The notes under the pieces were generated by a model that did not search any database, was not told the DNA's origin, and saw only the letters and a list, made by a program, of their open reading frames with translations. Shown in pieces: positions 31,458-34,096 of a stretch of 34,096 nucleotides of DNA; within the stretch, counting starts at the first letter, position 1, and each line of letters begins with the position of its first letter. The stretch covers positions 1 through 34,096 of the forward strand of contig JADGIG010000040.1 in assembly GCA_018985235.1 (NCBI GenBank), given 5' to 3'. Origin of the DNA: Sanchytrium tribonematis (Eukaryota). The translations under genes were made by a program, and so were the position numbers.

Positions 31458-33105
31458 TTATTTATTTGATGGATACAAAAATCCATCTGCACTCTCGATG
31501 TTAAGAAAATTTTCCTTAATAGATCTTGGGCTTGTCCAACGCACAAGATTCAAAGATGCGCCAGCTTTGTCATTAGTACCTGACATTCTACCACCACCAA
31601 AAGGCTGTTGACCCACGACTGCGCCGGTGCATTTATCGTTGATATAAAAATTGCCACTTGAGTGCCGCAAAATGCGATTAGCAACCTGAATTGCAGCACG
31701 GCTTTTAGCAAAAATGGAGCCCGTCAAAGCATATTTAGAGTCACGAGATGCTTTGACTAATGTTTCTTCAAAATTTTCGTCTTTATAAAAATACAAGGCA
31801 ACAACTGGCCCGAAAATTTCTTCTTGAAATATTGGCGTCGAAGTTGAATTTACAACAACAATAGTAGGCTCTATGAAATATCCCAGCGAATCGTCGCATT
31901 TACCTCCACACAAAATTTCGCATTCAGGATCATTTTTAGCTATTTCAATATATGACCTGATTCGATCAAAAGCAACTTTGCTAATGACTGGGGTCATAAA
32001 AGCATCCAAATCCGTGACAGCCTTAACTTTAATTTTCGAGCACTTGTTAATTAAAAGATTTTGCAACTGTAATTTAAAAGATTCGGGGCTATAAACTCTA
32101 CTACAAGCGGAGCATTTCTGACCTTGATATTCAAAACCAGCTCTTATGATTTGATTAGCGACATTATTTATGTCCGCAGAACTGTGAATAAAGTGCATAT
32201 TTTTACCGCCAGTTTCTCCTAAATAAATCTTAATTACCAACAATTCTTGGAAAATTATTGTAATTTTCCAAATTCAAAGCAATACTTTTCCACAAGCTTT
32301 TAAAAACTGAAGTTGATCCGGTAAAATGTAATCCAGCAAAATCAGGCGAAGAAAGACATATATCGGAAATTGAAACGGCATCACCAGTTACAAACTGAAT
32401 TACACCTGGTGGAATTCCAGCCTCCTCTAAAATTTCATAGACAATGAAGTTGCTTAAAACTGCCCCAGGGGATGGTTTCCAAACGTTGACATTTCCCATC
32501 AAGGCAGGAGCACTTGGCAAATTACCGCCAATTGCAGTAAAGTTAAATGGAGAAATGCAATAGACAAATCCCTCCAATCCCCTATATTCCAGCCTATTCC
32601 AAATAAAAGGTGAGTTTTTCTTTGGCTGTGAGCGAAAAATATCTTGAGCAAATTGAACGTTAAATCTCCAAAAATCTGCTAGTTCAGCATGACTGTCAAT
32701 AGCAGCTTGCCAAATATTTTTGCCTTGGCCTAGCATTGTTGCCGCCATCACCTTATAGCGATATTTAGTTGAAAGGAGATCAGCCGCTTTAAGAAAAATC
32801 GAGGCTTTATGTTCAAAAGGCAACAAATCCCATTCTTCTCTAACACGCATTGCGCCTTCAATTGATTCTAATACTTGAGACTTGGAAGCAATTGGAAATT
32901 TACACACCTTTTGAGAATGATTGCTTGGATTAACTTGATAGTCTACGCTGTCAGAATATATACGCTTACCGTTAATTACCAGCGGGATTGAAATAGGAAA
33001 TTCTTTGATAAGAGACTCAAGTGCCTCTTGAAGTTGAAGTCTTTCATATGAATCCGGCTTATAAGAGGGAATAGATTCATTGTCGATGGAAGGAAGATCA
33101 AACAT
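31458..33105 (-). CDS. PUT2: Delta-1-pyrroline-5-carboxylate dehydrogenase; exons 33105-32238 and 32218-31458, 542 aa
   Basis: AATMLGQGKN, LEGFVYCISPFNFTAIGGNL, HFTGST, FEYQGQKCSACSR, GNFYINDKCTGAVVGQQPFGG; splicing restores PRIVGETGGKN. Confidence 0.95.
32219..32237 (-). other. Spliceosomal intron, 19 nt: GTAATTAAGATTTATTTAG
   Basis: GT-AG; G|GA GAA ACT rebuilds the catalytic-region motif VGETGGKN. Confidence 0.95.
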
Positions 33106-33161
33106 ATTTCAAGGAGAACCCCAATGAGGATAGACACAAAACAGAAACCCCCATTCGCACA

Positions 33162-33887
33162 ATGAAATATTTGGTATGGGTTGTTGGATGTGCAGGAAGT
33201 GGCAAAAGTACATTCGTGAAAGAATTTGTCAATGCCTTTCGATCCAAAAATTGTCATGCTGTAAATATGGATCCAGCCGTTAAAGAAGTCAAATATAACT
33301 GTAGCGTAGACATCAGAGATTTAATAACAGTCGAGGATGCTATGGAAGAATTGAATCTTGGACCAAATGGAGCGCTACTGTATTGTTTTGAATATTTACT
33401 CAAAAATTTAGATTGGATTTCAGATAACTTCAATTTTGAGGCCGACTTTCTGGTGTGTGATTGTCCAGGGCAAATCGAGCTTTATTCACATTTAAACATT
33501 ATGCCAACTTTAATTGCATTATTTGAAAATATGGGTTACCAACAACTTGTTTTGCATATTACTGACGTTCAGCATATTAGTAGCCCCAATCGATTTTGGA
33601 GTGCTCAATTGAATGTTATCAGTAGCATGATGCTTATGGGTTTACCGCATTTAAGTTTGCTAACCAAATGTGACATTCATAAAGAATACAAATCGTATTT
33701 AAAAACTCAATATTCAATATCTGATAGCAGTTTTACGAACAAATTGGTGGCTACGTTAGAGGAGCACATTGGATTTCAATGGCTCCCAATCGATTACTCA
33801 GATGAACATAGTATTAAGAATTTAATTGTTTTAATGGATATGTCGTTAGGGTTCGGAGAGCATGATGAAATAGTGGAAAATTGTTGA
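33162..33887 (+). CDS. GPN3: GPN-loop GTPase, GPN3-like
   Basis: GCAGSGKST, VNMDPA, LGPNGALLYCFEYL, DCPGQIELYSH, C-terminal D..L.FGE. Confidence 0.85.
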   Translation: MKYLVWVVGCAGSGKSTFVKEFVNAFRSKNCHAVNMDPAVKEVKYNCSVDIRDLITVEDAMEELNLGPNGALLYCFEYLLKNLDWISDNFNFEADFLVCDCPGQIELYSHLNIMPTLIALFENMGYQQLVLHITDVQHISSPNRFWSAQLNVISSMMLMGLPHLSLLTKCDIHKEYKSYLKTQYSISDSSFTNKLVATLEEHIGFQWLPIDYSDEHSIKNLIVLMDMSLGFGEHDEIVENC

Positions 33888-33969
33888 GTTCTTCATTAAT
33901 TTGTACATATAATAAACTCTTCTTTAAAAGTTAATAAATATTCATAAATTTCTTGTTACGATGAAACCA

Positions 33970-34095
33970 CTAATTTTTAGAGTTCTTCTGAAGTTGATGG
34001 AAGTAGTCCGAGTTCCTTCTCGTTAAACTCCACAAACAAACTTTACACTCAACACTTTTCTTTTTACACTTAAAATAAAAAACAAATATAAAAAA
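33970..34095 (-). CDS. Possible 3' end of a membrane protein gene entering from the right edge
   Basis: Open frame FFIFVFYFKCKKKSVECKVCLWSLTRRNSDYFHQLQKNSKN* (hydrophobic run then basic cluster); only 41 codons visible. Confidence 0.25.
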   Translation of the reverse strand, partial: FFIFVFYFKCKKKSVECKVCLWSLTRRNSDYFHQLQKNSKN

Positions 34096-34096
34096 A

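Noticed and set aside
2782..32237. Split ORFs read as pseudogenes, sequencing frameshifts, programmed frameshifting or stop-codon reassignment
   Set aside because: Every break is resolved by one GT-AG segment of 19-20 nt sharing the same 3' consensus, including in essential genes (TBP, eIF3i, eIF5B). TAA, TAG and TGA all terminate conserved proteins at expected positions.
28..33257. Many 60-175 aa ORFs antisense to or nested in conserved genes (e.g. 28..222, 7951..8478, 14504..14860, 18206..18727, 24956..25297)
   Set aside because: Shadow frames of well-supported genes, mostly with alternative start codons and no recognisable motifs.
1..34096. Prokaryotic defence systems, CRISPR arrays, transposons, rRNA or tRNA genes
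   Set aside because: No repeat-spacer array, transposase/RT ORF, terminal repeats or cloverleaf seen; the window is nearly fully occupied by eukaryotic housekeeping genes.

Overview
Eukaryotic nuclear DNA, AT-rich and extremely gene-dense. It holds about 28 protein-coding genes in 34 kb, with spacers often under 60 nt and as short as 6 nt. The standard genetic code is used (TAA, TAG and TGA all end conserved genes). A fungal-type Ran1/Pat1 kinase together with flagellar/centriolar GAS8/DRC4 and CCDC61, plus GRP94, CDKAL1 and PYROXD1, points to an early-diverging zoosporic fungus or close relative with a reduced genome. Sanchytrid- or Rozella-like is an inference only. The main discovery is the splicing system. 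Twelve apparently broken ORFs are each repaired by a single GT-AG intron of only 19 nt (10 cases) or 20 nt (2 cases). All 12 end in T-N-A-Y-N-W-A-G, with T at -8, A at -6 and a pyrimidine at -5, which suggests a branch point fused to the acceptor. None has the canonical +5 G. No gene has more than one intron, and all 12 lie in the 3' half of the CDS, the opposite of the 5' bias usual in intron-poor genomes. Other recurring signals are a pyrimidine CTCCTT/CCCTT motif just upstream of start codons and AATAAA overlapping stop codons. No rRNA, tRNA, CRISPR or mobile element was recognised.
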